DNA of 64,000 nucleotides from Octopus sinensis. Its lineage: Eukaryota. Of this stretch, positions 13,658 through 26,574 are shown one piece after another. Position 1 is the first letter of the stretch; the number at the start of each line of letters is the position of its first letter. Position numbers and translations under genes: made by a program. The stretch spans positions 4,774,001-4,838,000 of the forward strand of contig NC_043001.1 of the NCBI RefSeq assembly GCF_006345805.1, given 5' to 3'. The notes beneath the pieces are model-generated. The model worked only from the letters and a program-made list of their open reading frames with translations, was not told the DNA's origin and ran no database searches.

Positions 13658-14389
13658 ATATATATATATATATATATATACACACAAACATATAAATATA
13701 TATACGTATATATCTATATATCTATTTATAAATACATATACTTATATATATATATACATACATATAAATATATAAATACATATAAGTATATATATATATA
13801 TATATACATATAAATACTTATACGTAAGTTTATATGTATATATATATATATGTCTGTGTGTGTGTATTGTATTTATACCTGCTACACATTTAAATCAAGA
13901 CGACATCTGTATTGAATTTGGAAGAGTTTTGCCTATTACACGCATCATGCCAATGTACTTTTGCGTATATGAGTGGTTCACATTTATAGATTCTGACATA
14001 GATGTTTACGTTTATGTAAACACAATTTGTAGTAACTTCTGTCGATATATATATTTCGGTATGTGTATTGAAAGAGACAGATACTAGCATATAGTGATAC
14101 GTACATACACATACTCGAGTGATCATATGCTTCTGTGTGTGTGTATGTGTGCGTGCGCGCGTGTGTCTTCAGTGCTGGGGTCAATGTGATAGACATAACT
14201 CCTGAGTAAGGGTATACAATGTTCTATCCCTCTGACGAGCCTTACTAAGTCGGATTAGTCGCATCAAAGCCTTATCAAAGCCTTAGCCAGCGGCGTGGTG
14301 TTAGTTGAAGGCTAAAACAATGTGACCAGCGGTGTGTAGCAACATCTGATAGCCTGGTCGGTCACGGTGATCACGGTGATATACAGACA

Positions 14390-14530
14390 CACGACGGGCC
14401 CCTTTCATTTTGCATGTACCAAAACCATTTCCAACATTATGGTCGGCCTAAGACTATCGGAAGATACCTACCCAATGTGCCACGCAGTGTAACCAAATTG
14501 GGTAACAAGCCTCTGAATACACCGCCACGC
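14390..14530 (-). mobile_element. Degenerate SINE type A head
   Basis: ACGACGGGCCCTTTCA...GGTCGGCCTAAGACTAT...GTGCCACGCAGTG is similar to the copy at 13493. Confidence 0.55.
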
Positions 14531-14872
14531 CTACAACTAGCAAGTGTCTTACCTGCCTTGCTCACGCCTATATATGCATAGATATACGCATATGCATATA
14601 TTATATGTATATGCCTAGGCTTTTGTTTTTGTGTGCGCGTGCACTCAGAAAATATATGTTGTGTATATTAAAACATATAGTGTGTATATTGTGTTCTTGT
14701 GTATATGTATATAGGAAGGAGAAAAATATTTTCAGATGGTCAGACATTATTTAATGTATAACATTTCACTGTTGATATACTTTTCAGGCAGTTGTTGTTG
14801 CTACCGATAGGTGTTCAGTGTCTTTAAGGTGGTTTCAAAGATTTCAAGCAAGCATATTTATGCACAGAATGC

Positions 14873-14938
<66 letters not shown>

Positions 14939-15019
14939 GGGAGTATAACTCGAAATTTACGGGGAAAAATTCAATTTAGTATTAAATCGAATTTCACAAT
15001 ATAAATCGATAAAATATAG

Positions 15020-15286
15020 ATTAGAGATAAAAGCATTATTATGCAACTCAAAGAGTGATAGACATAAACCAAATCATAAAAAAAGCAAATAATATATATT
15101 TTTTATAAAACATAACGTATAACTAGATCTCAAAATGTGTAAAAATGAATGATCAATATATATCAGTCATTTTATACTTTTTGAGATCTAATTATATGTT
15201 TTATAAAAATATATATTATTTGTTTTTTACGTTTTGATTTATGTCTATTACCGTTTGAGTTGCATTATAGTGGTTTTGTCTCTAAT
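15020..15286. repeat. Imperfect foldback (palindromic) element between (TA)n tracts
   Basis: The left arm ATTAGAGATAAAAGC...AGATCTCAAAA is the reverse complement of the right arm TTTTTGAGATCT...GTCTCTAAT. Centre is ~15157. Confidence 0.85.
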
Positions 15287-15308
15287 TATATATATATATA
15301 TTATATAT

Positions 15309-15340
<32 letters not shown>

Positions 15341-17134
15341 CATATGTCTATCTGTGTGTGTTGAAGTCTTCTCAATTATTATATTTAGTACATTTGAATG
15401 TTGTAATGTCCACGGACTCAAAAGAAAGCGTAAATTAAAGTTCACAAATTCACACCTGCTGATGTGAAAATACTCTTCAACGTTTGTTACAAGAGAGGAT
15501 ATATAAGCATCCTTGCTGAGTTGTTCATATCATGGAAACTAGGTATATTTTCTTAAATAATTAAAATAAACTACTTTTCTCATAAAGCTGGTTATGTCCC
15601 GCCACCATATTCATTATATCATGAAGTATTTTGGTACTTATGACGCAACATAGAAAATTGCAACATTTCAAACCTAAATTAAATTTAAATGATTTCATTA
15701 TAAATTATTTCCCTTCCACTTTAAGTCAACAATTCTCTTTATTTGCTCCTGACTTTATTATTTATTGGACTCTTCAATGTCTGAAGTTCTTGCACAATAT
15801 GGGAGATTGTTTGATCAGACTTCAAATTAGATGAAATTGGCTGACTAAAATTGTAGAGACTCAAGACGAATGTCACATTTGACATATTTTATTAATACCA
15901 GATAAAGATTACCGCCCCAGGAAACCAACAACGAAGAAATATTTCCAAATGAGCAAAGTCATCGATAATTTTAGTTATTATGATATTGGTTTCAAATAAA
16001 ACATGATTTGCTGCATTTCGCAGCAGCAGAAATTAATTTTGTTTTTCTTAGAAAGTAGCCTATTCATTAATACTAGTTTTTTATAAGATTTTTTAAAAAA
16101 TTTAAGTAAGAGAAAAAGTTTTGTTTTTAATGAATTATTAGTTACTGTATGACATCGAACATTCTTGTTTACGAAACGATTCTATTCACTATTTTATAAC
16201 AATTTATTGGTTTCAATGCTTTATTCAGAAAATAAATTAATTCCCAAAGAAGCATAGTCTAAACGATGTTAACAGCCAAATGAGTGGTTCTTTAGCGTGC
16301 AAGAAATAGCAGTGAAATATCTTCCAGGACACATCATTTTAGAGTTGTACCATAGTTTAACATAGTCGGGATGTGTGGACAGCAGAAGACGGTTTAAAAT
16401 TAATAGTATTGTAGCTGTGGTTGAATATATATTGAAGGTGTATTACTTTGGACATGGAAAAAAGCGACCATATTCCAAGCCACTTCGAAACTGAGTAGTG
16501 GCATTATAAGGAAATGAAGAGGTGTGCGTTGAACAAATTCAAACATTACTAAATTTACCAAAAACAAACTCATCGCAACTAAGCCTTTTACCGTTTTAAA
16601 CAGCGCTGATCATTACAACATATTCGAAGGCTGCTGAGGTCATATTCGGAAAATGCTGATGAAATAAGCACAGCGTGTAAGTAATTGATATTTAGAAAAT
16701 GATACGGATTCATGTAATAGTTCTTGGTTGGGTTTCTTGCGATATAAGTGATTCGTGTACACAGATGATCGACTATGATTAGCCATGCATTTCTTGGAGG
16801 AATAATCAATTTCTTAAGCAATCGATTAGATAACTGTGCAGTATGTGGCCTGGTTTTCGATGAGAATTAAAATTTAATCGGAACTGAGGAATCACGACAG
16901 AAAGGATGATAATAAGAGATCTTAACGAAGAGCCATGCAAAATTTTGAGGAGAGAGATATCATTGCGTATCTTTCCAGGATCCCCAACAGAAAATAGGTT
17001 TGTTTTCACTTCCGCCTAATAGATTAATGGATGCGCTGTAGCGAGATATTCCGGGAGGAATAGCTGGAGAGCTTCGAGATCAGGAACATAATCACGTACA
17101 CACACATACAAACGCGCGCGCACACACACACACA

Positions 17135-19640
17135 TAATTTAATTTGATAGTTTTCGGCCAGTATAGGCCCAGTACATGTCTAACTCAGTAGCACCACCTG
17201 GTGAAATATTTTAGTCATATATGTGGCACCAAAGTCCACTCTAGCAAAGAATTATAACTGTTGGAGACATATCTGAATGTAGGAGATTATTCCAGGACTT
17301 TTTGAAGAAATTTGTCCCGTAAACTTTTCAATTTTAGGGGATCCGTTTCCGTTTTGACTATTTTGCATTGTATTAAAAAGAGATGGACCGGTTGTAAAGT
17401 AGTTGTGATGTAATTTTGTTATGTCCTGAGTTCGATTTTTGTACTGGCCCGATAGCACGGGGCTCAAGTCTTGGTTAGATTTTAAAATTCATGGCAACAT
17501 CATTTGCGCAATAGTGATGGAAGTTTTTCCACATCACACAAATGATGTAGCGCGTCCGGCGGGGTTGGAGAGCGTAGAGACTGATTTTATTTTTAGTCGA
17601 CCCCAATAGTCAATGCCTCTAATGCTGTCTATTTTTCTTGTTATTGACCTCTGGATTGCTTCTTCCACATTCATAATGAGTTGCTTCGTACGGAGAGACG
17701 AAAGTGGGTGACCAAAAGTACTTAAGGTGTGGTCTGGCAAAGTAGAGTAACGAAGGATGTTCGTGTGGGCATCTCTAGACCAGAAAGTTCTCAGAATCCA
17801 GGAGCACATCTTGCAGGCCAAGTCAACCTTGCTCTTTACATGGGGAATCAATCTTAGATTGTCATCAGCAATTATTCCAAGGTCTTTGGTGTTGTTGGAT
17901 GACACTAGGTAGTCTCCCCGCCTGAGAGTAGAGCATATGGCAATTTCAGAGTGTCGTCTTTTGGAAAGTGGATCAAATCGAACTTATCTTCATGTAGAAG
18001 CATGTTCGGTCTCCCATACCCTCTCTAGCCTTCTGTAGTTTGGGATCATCTGCAAAGATTCTAAATGTTTGATGATTGATGACATCTACCATGATGTTGA
18101 TGTAAATAATGAAGAGGAGTGGGCCCAACACAAAACGTTGTGGGACACCACTGCTGACTTTAGCTGAACCGGATCGTATTCCCCCAAATACATGTTCGGT
18201 TCTGTTCGTCAGTAAACACTTTATCCATTGCAGCAGCTTTCCATGGACTCCAATGTTGGAAGTTTCTCCAGTTGGAATTTGTGGTCCACTCTGTCAAATG
18301 CCTTGATGAATTCAAGATATATGGCATCAGTGATGGAGCCTTCACCCAACGCTTTTAAGATGGCATCAAAATGGTGCAGAAGCTGCAACAGGCAGTCCTT
18401 GCCAGCACGGAAACCATGCTTGTTGGGGTTCAACAGATTATTGTTTTCGAGAATGTGAGTTATTAGCGATCCCTCAACCCTCTCAAATATTTTAATGAGA
18501 TGAGAAGTGAGTGAAATCAGATGGTAGTTCACTGGAAGAGATCTTTTTCCCTTTTTGAAGACTGGAACGAGAGAAGCGGAAAGAAAATAATCAGGAATAT
18601 AGCCTGCATGAAGAGAGTTTCTCCAGAGTTCAGCTAGAGGGGTTGCATTAGATGTCGACACATTTTCAGGGCAGTGGCCGGGAATTTATCAGTAATACTA
18701 GCCAGAGCGACCGCATTAGCGTTACTGGAAACAGAGGAGTATTGTCTCTGCATTATCTCGCGCATAGATTTTGCACCACAATGTAGAATGTCGTTCTCAC
18801 CAACAAGAGGACCAACAGTGGAAACAGCGTATTTATGTTTGTTTTATGCTGCAAATGAAATTATCTCTTTGGGATTGAGTTTTATTTTCTCAAAGTCCAG
18901 TTCTCCTCAGCTGGTCATCATGTTTTATTGGAGGTTGTGTTTTTTCGATTCCATTGATGCAATGACAGTCGAATGGGTGCGTTGCTTGTGGCAGTATTTA
19001 AGTTGTTTGATATTATTGTTAATTTTTTTTTCTGATAATTTCTCTTCTATTTCTAGGGCTACCGCACTTAAATTTGTATACTGACCTTAATGGGTCAGGT
19101 TTTGCGCATATATTTTTTACAGTATTTACAAATGTCTGCCATGATATGTTTATGTTAGTGTGGGTGCGTGCGAGAAGGCCCAATCAACTTGTGAAAGATC
19201 ATTATTAATCGCATCCCACTCTGCGTTATGAAGATCTATAATGTCAAATGGATAGGCTGGAGAGGTGTCATTGGAGTTGATCTTTGGGTGGTAAAATATC
19301 TCAACTCGTATAGATCCTCTCATGGCCAGAGAGTAGTGGTGTTTTTCCACTGCAATATTGTGGAAAGTGTCAGTGTGGTTATTGAACACTAGGTCCAAGG
19401 TGTTTTTGTGACACCTTGTTGGTTCGAAAACAAGTTAGAGCAGGAAAATCTTTTCCACGAAATCAAAAAGCAATTCGATTGCTTCCCTATCAGAGGTTAA
19501 GGTAGAAAACCTGGTTCCAAGCTGTTTTTGGACTAACCAACACTGGGAAGGTTTAATTCCCCAATCGCTGTGGGTCCACCAATTCTCGATGAAATTCTTA
19601 AGGAAAGTTAGGGGTCGTTTCCAAGAAATGATTGGCATAA
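17135..19640 (-). mobile_element. CR1/L2-group LINE, 5'-truncated and pseudogenised (APE C-terminus, RT, 3' tail)
   Basis: PIISW...EPTR..NTLDLVFNN (APE end), LVPVFKKGKRSLPVNYHLISLTSHLIKIFER, QLLHHFD..DAIYLEFIKAFDRVDH, KDLGII, WILRTF, TGPSLFN, and a GGTGGTGC-type 3' tail at ~17150-17205. Confidence 0.9.
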
Positions 19641-19671
19641 GTAAGCGAGTATGTGTGTGTGTGTGTATAAG

Positions 19672-19705
<34 letters not shown>

Positions 19706-19757
19706 CGCAATTAATACCCTGTATTCATGAAATAATATATATATATATATATAGGAG

Positions 19758-20078
19758 GAGACCGCGTTTGGTCATGAATGACAATGGGATTGCACCTAGA
19801 AAGTTACCCTCCGAGGCATAAGTCCGGGCAAGGTTGTTTATGGAAGACCAGCAGTTGTCCGTGCATTCCAGCCGCTCCTCTCCACACCACTGATGTTATC
19901 CAAGAGAAAGGCAAAGGCCGATACAGCTTGGCACCAGTGATGTCTCAACTCATTTCCACAGCTACATTAAGGTTAAGGCTCAATGATCAGGGCAACGAGC
20001 TTACGATTGTGAAGTTGTGAGTTCGATTCCCGGACCGGGTTGCGTGTTGTGTACTTGAGCAAGACGGTATATTTCACG
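19758..20078. mobile_element. SINE type C with internal inversion (3' body on minus at 19758-19964; head on plus at 19977-20078)
   Basis: Both halves align to the intact copy at 35965-36293, in opposite orientations. Confidence 0.85.
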
Positions 20079-20677
20079 AAACTACTTGGTGAAATTTATT
20101 AATTATAAATTAATAATCTATAATAATTATTTTACTCCCTGATAACAAGAAAAGCTGCGGATCTATTTTTTGCAGTACGGTCTCGTGATCCACATGGTGT
20201 AGGAATTGGTGGCAAATATGAATTTCACTCCTCTATATAAATTCGGATATGCTAACTAACTTGTGTGATGTTCTTATGTCGCTTGGTCAGAAATGCAAGG
20301 GGTAAGTTTTCTAGCATTTTTTAATTTATAACTATCGGAATATTATGTCGATAAGGAAATGAGTTTTATAACTCTGATCCAGAAACGCGTCCATAATTAA
20401 CCGGAGACTGTTTGATTTCATTATTTTCTTTCTTTTATACAGAGAGGGTTGTCTGTGGAGTCATATTTTGTAGTGAAAATAAATAATGGCCTTTTGGCTG
20501 CTATTTCTAAATTTTTCGGTATGTGGTCAAGCAACTCGTTGCTAAACCCTTAATTATTGTTATAATTATATATAAAACTTGTATAAGTTTTTACCGAATA
20601 TGGTTCCTTTCCATACCGAAACGACTTGGTGAAATTTATTAATTATGAATTAATAATGTTTTACCCTATATCTATAA

Positions 20678-20684
<7 letters not shown>
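20078..20684 (+). mobile_element. Terminally redundant HHR-bearing element (540-bp period), retrozyme/PLE-like
   Basis: GAAAC(T/G)ACTTGGTGAAATTTATTAATTAT(A/G)AATTAATAAT occurs at 20078 and 20618. HHR at 20342, conserved motif M at 20488, (TA)n immediately 3'. Confidence 0.65.
20342..20397 (+). ncRNA. Type I hammerhead motif with degenerate core
   Basis: ATTATG-TCGATAA-GGA AAT GAGTT TTAT AACTC TGA TCC A-GAAAC GC GTC-CATAAT. Stem I is 6 bp, stem III is the ACGCGT palindrome, and the site is GUC. Confidence 0.6.
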
Positions 20685-20727
<43 letters not shown>

Positions 20728-21642
20728 TGCATGTATACATACACACCATCACACACACATGCATATATAGATAGATAGATAGATAGGTATACCAATGGAT
20801 AGATAGATAGATAAACCGATAGATAGCGGCATACATATATTTAAACATAGACACACATACGTGTGTATAGATATGTGCATTTGATTGTGTTTACGTATGT
20901 TTGTATGAGAGATGTAGACAGAGAATGAGTAACACGTAGACTGAAAGAGATCGAAATCCATAGAAATATCTATTTTCCTATGTCTATTTATATTTGAACA
21001 AGTGTACTTAAAGTCTACCATTAATGTTGATTTATTCCCCATAGACATTCTGATAGCTGTTGTTTGAAAACTTTACCATAAGTATTCGATGTTTTGTTTC
21101 CTTACATCACAGACAATATATACACATACGTACGCACTGAAAATCTTGCGAACTATAAACAACAATGATTTTTTTTTTCTTTTGTCGTGGCTTCACCAAT
21201 GTTTTCTCTTTAACAGGGGAAAAAAGATTCTTCGCTGTCAAATGCCAAATAGCATGAAAATATACACTTGTAACTATTTGTCGAAAACGTGCACCCAATA
21301 CAGATTTTGTAAGAAGACCAGAATTGCGCTGAAGTAAACTCTTTCACCCCTGATTCATGTGACGTCTGTGGGAATTGCAAAATATGTTTGTCAGAAGTTA
21401 CCGTTTCATTTAAGACCAGAGGAAATAGAAATAATTCATTATGTATGTCAAAGACTTGTTTAGAAATGTTGCGGCAAACTGCTAGATTAACGTGAAATAT
21501 TACAGAATTTTTAGTTGTACTTAATCTGCAGAAATTCTACGCACACCGTTGTATTTCAATATAAGAGATCAATTTTATTTATTTACTTACTTTAGTTTCA
21601 CTTATTTTCTTACATAACAATGTTCATTCTTCTCTCTTCCAG

Positions 21643-21651
21643 TTTGCAGAG
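21643..21651 (+). other. Candidate 9-nt micro-exon
   Basis: A long pyrimidine-rich tract ending CTCTCTTCCAG| is followed by TTTGCAGAG and |GTATTT (weak donor). Confidence 0.25.
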
Positions 21652-22047
21652 GTATTTTTCAGTGAAATTAAATTTATATTTTCTTCAGTTTTGTTTCTTC
21701 AATATAAATGCATTTTAAAAACTGTGTGATGATGTGCTCCATATCATTGAGGAAAACATACATAATTGCGTAATTATTAAGATGATGATGTTTATAATAA
21801 TGTAGCTAATGATTAGAACTGAGAATGCTTGCTGTTGTTGTTGCAAGAATCGTGATGAGGATGAAGATTATTACAATTATTTGCAAATTCTGTAATTTCT
21901 TATCTGAATATCGAAATAATTGCATGCTTGGTTTCAATATTTTTTTAAATATATAAAACAGCAAGCAAATTTTAACAGACATGTGCATTTTGTGTGCGCA
22001 TATTGTGTGTATAAGTATATATATATATATTATATTTGTATATATAT

Positions 22048-22083
<36 letters not shown>

Positions 22084-22542
22084 CTTATATTTGTATTTAT
22101 ATATATAAGTGTGTCTGTATTCACATACAAGTATTCACGACGAGAGAAGACTGAGCAAGTTGTCTTATTACATAAACTTGCAAATATTTCTTTGCCATTC
22201 GAACTGAAGTGCGTACTTATTTCATGCTATTATATAATGCATGTACCTGTAGATTCTTGTGGTGACATTATATTGTTTGCACACACAATGAGCCCACATA
22301 GTCTTGGTACACTCATACGTGGCCGCACCCATTTACGCACACACACACACACACTCGCACACAACATCCTCACATGCACACACGCGTTTAGTCCCATTAG
22401 ATCAGCGGGGGTCACCGTTATTATCTCCCTTTCGCTCAGTGTCCTGCTTTCGGCTATTTCATCTTGCTCAACCGTTAATCACAACACATTTTTTCTATGT
22501 CTTTTTCCTCTTCGTTCTAGCTCTACTTTTTCCTTCTTGATC

Positions 22543-22578
22543 CTCTCTGTTGGAGAGCGTAGGCTCGAATAGTCAAAG
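22543..22578 (+). ncRNA. Decayed hammerhead-like motif
   Basis: CTCT-CTGTTGG-A-GAGC GTAG GCTC-GAATA-GTC-AAAG. Stem II is intact, but the core and GAAA are mutated. Confidence 0.3.
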
Positions 22579-22676
22579 TCTTTTCCATACTTCCCGAGCA
22601 ATTTATACTCACTATCCTTATGAATTATTAACACGCTTTGCTTCTTGTTCCCTCCCTTATCTTCATCTGATGTATA

Positions 22677-22760
<84 letters not shown>

Positions 22761-23180
22761 CCCCTCCGCAAAAAATCTCAAATTTTATTTAATTTGCTTT
22801 TTGCGGGAAGGAAATGTCACAAAGTCGTGTCTCGCCATGACATTCGAAACGAGTAGTAGATGAAACAAAGGCGACTGAAGAAGGGGAATTTTCCTTGTAT
22901 TGTATGTCCTGTACTGTATTTTTTCGTTTTTAAGAAAAATATCTATTTCCTTGGTTTTGTGTTTATGTTTTCGTTTCTCATTGTGTTCGCCGATTTTTGA
23001 TGTCCTGTACCGATATATGCATGTCTATATACATGTAGAGGTAGGTACGTACATATATGTATGTATATATGCATATGTTTTATTTCATTTATTAATTTAT
23101 TTGATATATATTTATATACACACACATATATAATTCAATAATCAGTTTATATTTATTTTATTTAATTCTAATTTTATTTG

Positions 23181-23352
23181 GAGTTGTTGTATACTGTCAA
23201 CAAAACGTGACAGTCCCGTTACGGGTCTCCCCTTCACAAATATAAGGACGCAGGAAATGTGTCAAAGCTGACAGGAAGCGTTCGATTCTTCCCAGCGATA
23301 GTGTAATTCCCCCACGGGACTGTAACGTTAGGTTGACAGTATACAACCACTC
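23181..23352. mobile_element. MITE-like element with 39-bp terminal inverted repeats
   Basis: GAGTTGTTGTATACTGTCAACAAAACGTGACAGTCCCGT (23181-23219) versus ACGGGACTGTAACGTTAGGTTGACAGTATACAACCACTC (23314-23352). No clear TSD. Confidence 0.65.
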
Positions 23353-26135
23353 TATCGCTCCACCACCGCTCATGTCTCTTTGAGTCATTTAGAAATTTAA
23401 TATTTCCAATTTTATTTAATTATATGATATTTTCTGATAGATTTTTTCAGTTGATTTCGAACAGCAGAAATCGTAAATCCATATCCGAAGCTTCTAAATT
23501 TCGAGTCCCATTACCAAAAGTTGAATTTGATATATTATTGACGATTAGAATGATTCCTTAGTAGTCACGTTTTAATATATTTGTCACTGTCAAATTTTGG
23601 CTTTTAGGTTTATGTGAATATGCTATTCAACGACTGAGAAGTACGCGATATTCGACTCATTTAACATCATAAATGGGATCAAATTAAGTTTTGCGTTTTA
23701 AATGCAGTCTTATCATTTAATTAATTAGTCATATATGGTGTTACAGAGAATATAAAAAAATATTAATAATCAGCATTAATGCATTAAAACAGACAGTTTT
23801 TATTTGATTTACTGGATGAAGTGTGTTTGAACCTGAAATATTGGCGCGGGAAATGTATGTTGTGAATTTATATACCTCAGTGTATTTTTCGGTTTTGCAC
23901 GAATGATGTCTGTGACTGGATAAAAGAAACGCTCAAGGATTATATATTTGAAGTCTATCGAAAGAGATTTTATTGCTTTTGTCAATTAGGACATATTAAC
24001 GATGTAATTATGAAGATTGGTAACTAAGCATGTCAAACAAAACGGGATAGTGCATATCAATTTAGATGAAAGTAAAGGCAGGAATATAAAATATGACTGA
24101 GATAATAGACATATGCCTCATAAAACAAAAACGGATTTTGTTTATTGTTGACTGTTTCATTAAGAAGAACACAGCATTAAGAACTCTCAAAAATAAGTGT
24201 ATGTGCGCCTTTTCGAGTGGATAGAGGTTACAGCTCTGCTAAATTCTCGTTTGATTGTCCACAGTTTTTACCTAAACCGAGATATTATTTTTAGTATTGG
24301 ACAAAGAAATACAAGGAAATGAAAAGAAATACAAATGGCAATACCAACAACAAAAACAAATTCAGGAGAAAAATATAGAGACAACTTAATCATTCAAACT
24401 TCAACCACAATCACGTCTGAAATTTTAGGAAGAATGAATATAAATTAATGATGAGAATGTTATTAAAAGAAAGAAATTATCAATTAACCATCTCTAGTGC
24501 CTGTCACTGTTCAAAGAAAAACAGTGACATATTCTCACTTCTCAACACTGTATGAGACTAATATCTGTCACTTTGCGGACGTAATTTTAGATATATAGTA
24601 TTGCCTTCACTGTCTTTATTCTAGATGCTTATCAAACCATTATGAGAGGCTAATCTAACAAATTTACTTCTACAAACACGCGCGCTCGCACACACACACA
24701 TACAATCACCCCACACAAACACATATATTCATGTATGCATCATCAATATACGTACATTGTCTATATATATTTATTTATCCAAACATATTCACACATTCCA
24801 TTCTTTTAAAAGCAGAGCCCTTTGTCGAACTCTGTTTCTGAAGCTTATACAAACACACTCACAAATATGTTTTCATACTTCATAAATAAATTCATTTAGA
24901 AATATGAATTTATACTTAGATGAAAAAAAGAAGATTTTTAATGCTTTATAAGGTGCAGATAAGGCTTGTTAGAATTGGACTAAATATTTGTAACATTCAG
25001 CATGGAAAAGCTGAAAAATTGCGTTGAGACAACAGTAGTCATGTTTAATCAAGTCTGTACAATCTATTTATCTAAGGGACAGTCAGCATCAATGCAGATA
25101 ACAAAATGAAGAATATATTCTATATGCTATGAAATTTAGTCCCTCTATTGTATTGTCTACCTGGAATAGGATTTGGTTGAAAAGTTTGTAAATTCGTTTC
25201 ACCTGTCAAGAATCTATTTCCCCATATAATTTTCTGAGCAATCCTTGTTGTATAGAGGTTCAATGGTGTGATATTGAATTTCATTATATTTAATAGCCGT
25301 GAGAAGGAAGTCAATTCTAATAAAGACAAAAATCAGGATTATCACAAACGAAATTCAGTTCCTGAACAACATACCTCGTCCTAATATTACTCATTGCACG
25401 AGATACCACAGCAAGAGCATGACAGACAGAATCAGTTTATTAGTATCTGATTATAACGCAAAACCTGCTAACGCTAATAATATTACAATACTAAATTCAT
25501 TTTGATAACATTTCTCAAATAATGATAATACACAGATCTACAATATAATCGTATGCCACTTATGGCAATAGACACATTGCTATAATGATAAAAATATATA
25601 TCAAGGGGTTATTTGAATGACTATTGTCCTTGGGAAACCGCATACCATGAGGCAATTAATGTCACTAAACTTGGCGAAACATTGCAAGACTAATTTATAT
25701 TATTGTTAATAATATTTTAGGAATATTTTAGACTAAAACAATTAGGTTGTAGCTATCTAGTAGGAGCGTCTTGAAAGAACTGAGTTGAGAGTTGTGGATT
25801 TTTTGCAGGTTGAAAGTCTTCAGGGTATTTAGGGCGAGAAATTTAGAGGCAGAAAGGTAAATAGCATAAAGTGGAAACCTTGAACCTTATTTTGACTAAT
25901 GCTGTGAATAATGGAATAAATAAGGGTATACGAGGAGGTTAAAGTTACAGTTTATATTAACAGGGCATTTTGGATACACTTTGAAATCTACATTTAAAAC
26001 TACATTAGGGAATGGGTAAGGTTATTAAATGTAGATTCATAAACTAAGAAATTGCATGGTTTTTAGGTTACAATGTTTTTGGGGAAACAACAGCTGAAGG
26101 AAGCACGTAACATATGTGTTCAGCAGAATATATAT

Positions 26136-26504
26136 TATGGGAGGCGCAATGGTCCAGTCGTTATAGCAGCAGAATAGGGGCGCGGTTTCGATCGACCATG
26201 GTGTGTGTTTATTGAGCGAGAACACATAAAGCTCCACGAGTCTCCGGCAAGGTGGGTGGCGAACCCTACTGTGCTCTTTCACCACAACTTTCTCTCATTC
26301 TTTCTTCCTGCTTCTGTTGTACCAGTTTTTCAAACGTACAACACTTTTCATACTCTTTGTCATGCTGAATCTCCTCAAGAACTACGTTAAGAGTACACGT
26401 GTCTGTGGAGTGCTCAGCAAGCAGCAATTTAATTTCACCAGCAGGCTGAACCGTGGATCGGATCATCTGTAACTCTTGTTGTCGTAACCGACGGAGTGCC
26501 ACAA
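26136..26504 (+). mobile_element. tRNA-derived SINE type D
   Basis: GGAGGCGCAATGGTCCAG head, GGTTTCGATC B-box-like motif, and 3' end GTCGTAACCGACGGAGTGCC. Confidence 0.65.
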
Positions 26505-26574
26505 TATATTACGAGGAACTAAATAGCTGGGTGAAATAAAAAAAGAAAAAATGTTATAAAAGTCTTGCACACAA

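Noticed and set aside
22810-22915. GAAAC upstream of CTGAAGAAGGGG (similar text at 53295-53345), suggesting a type II hammerhead
   Set aside because: No convincing stem I could be formed; this is probably a PLE-related repeat but the fold is unsupported.
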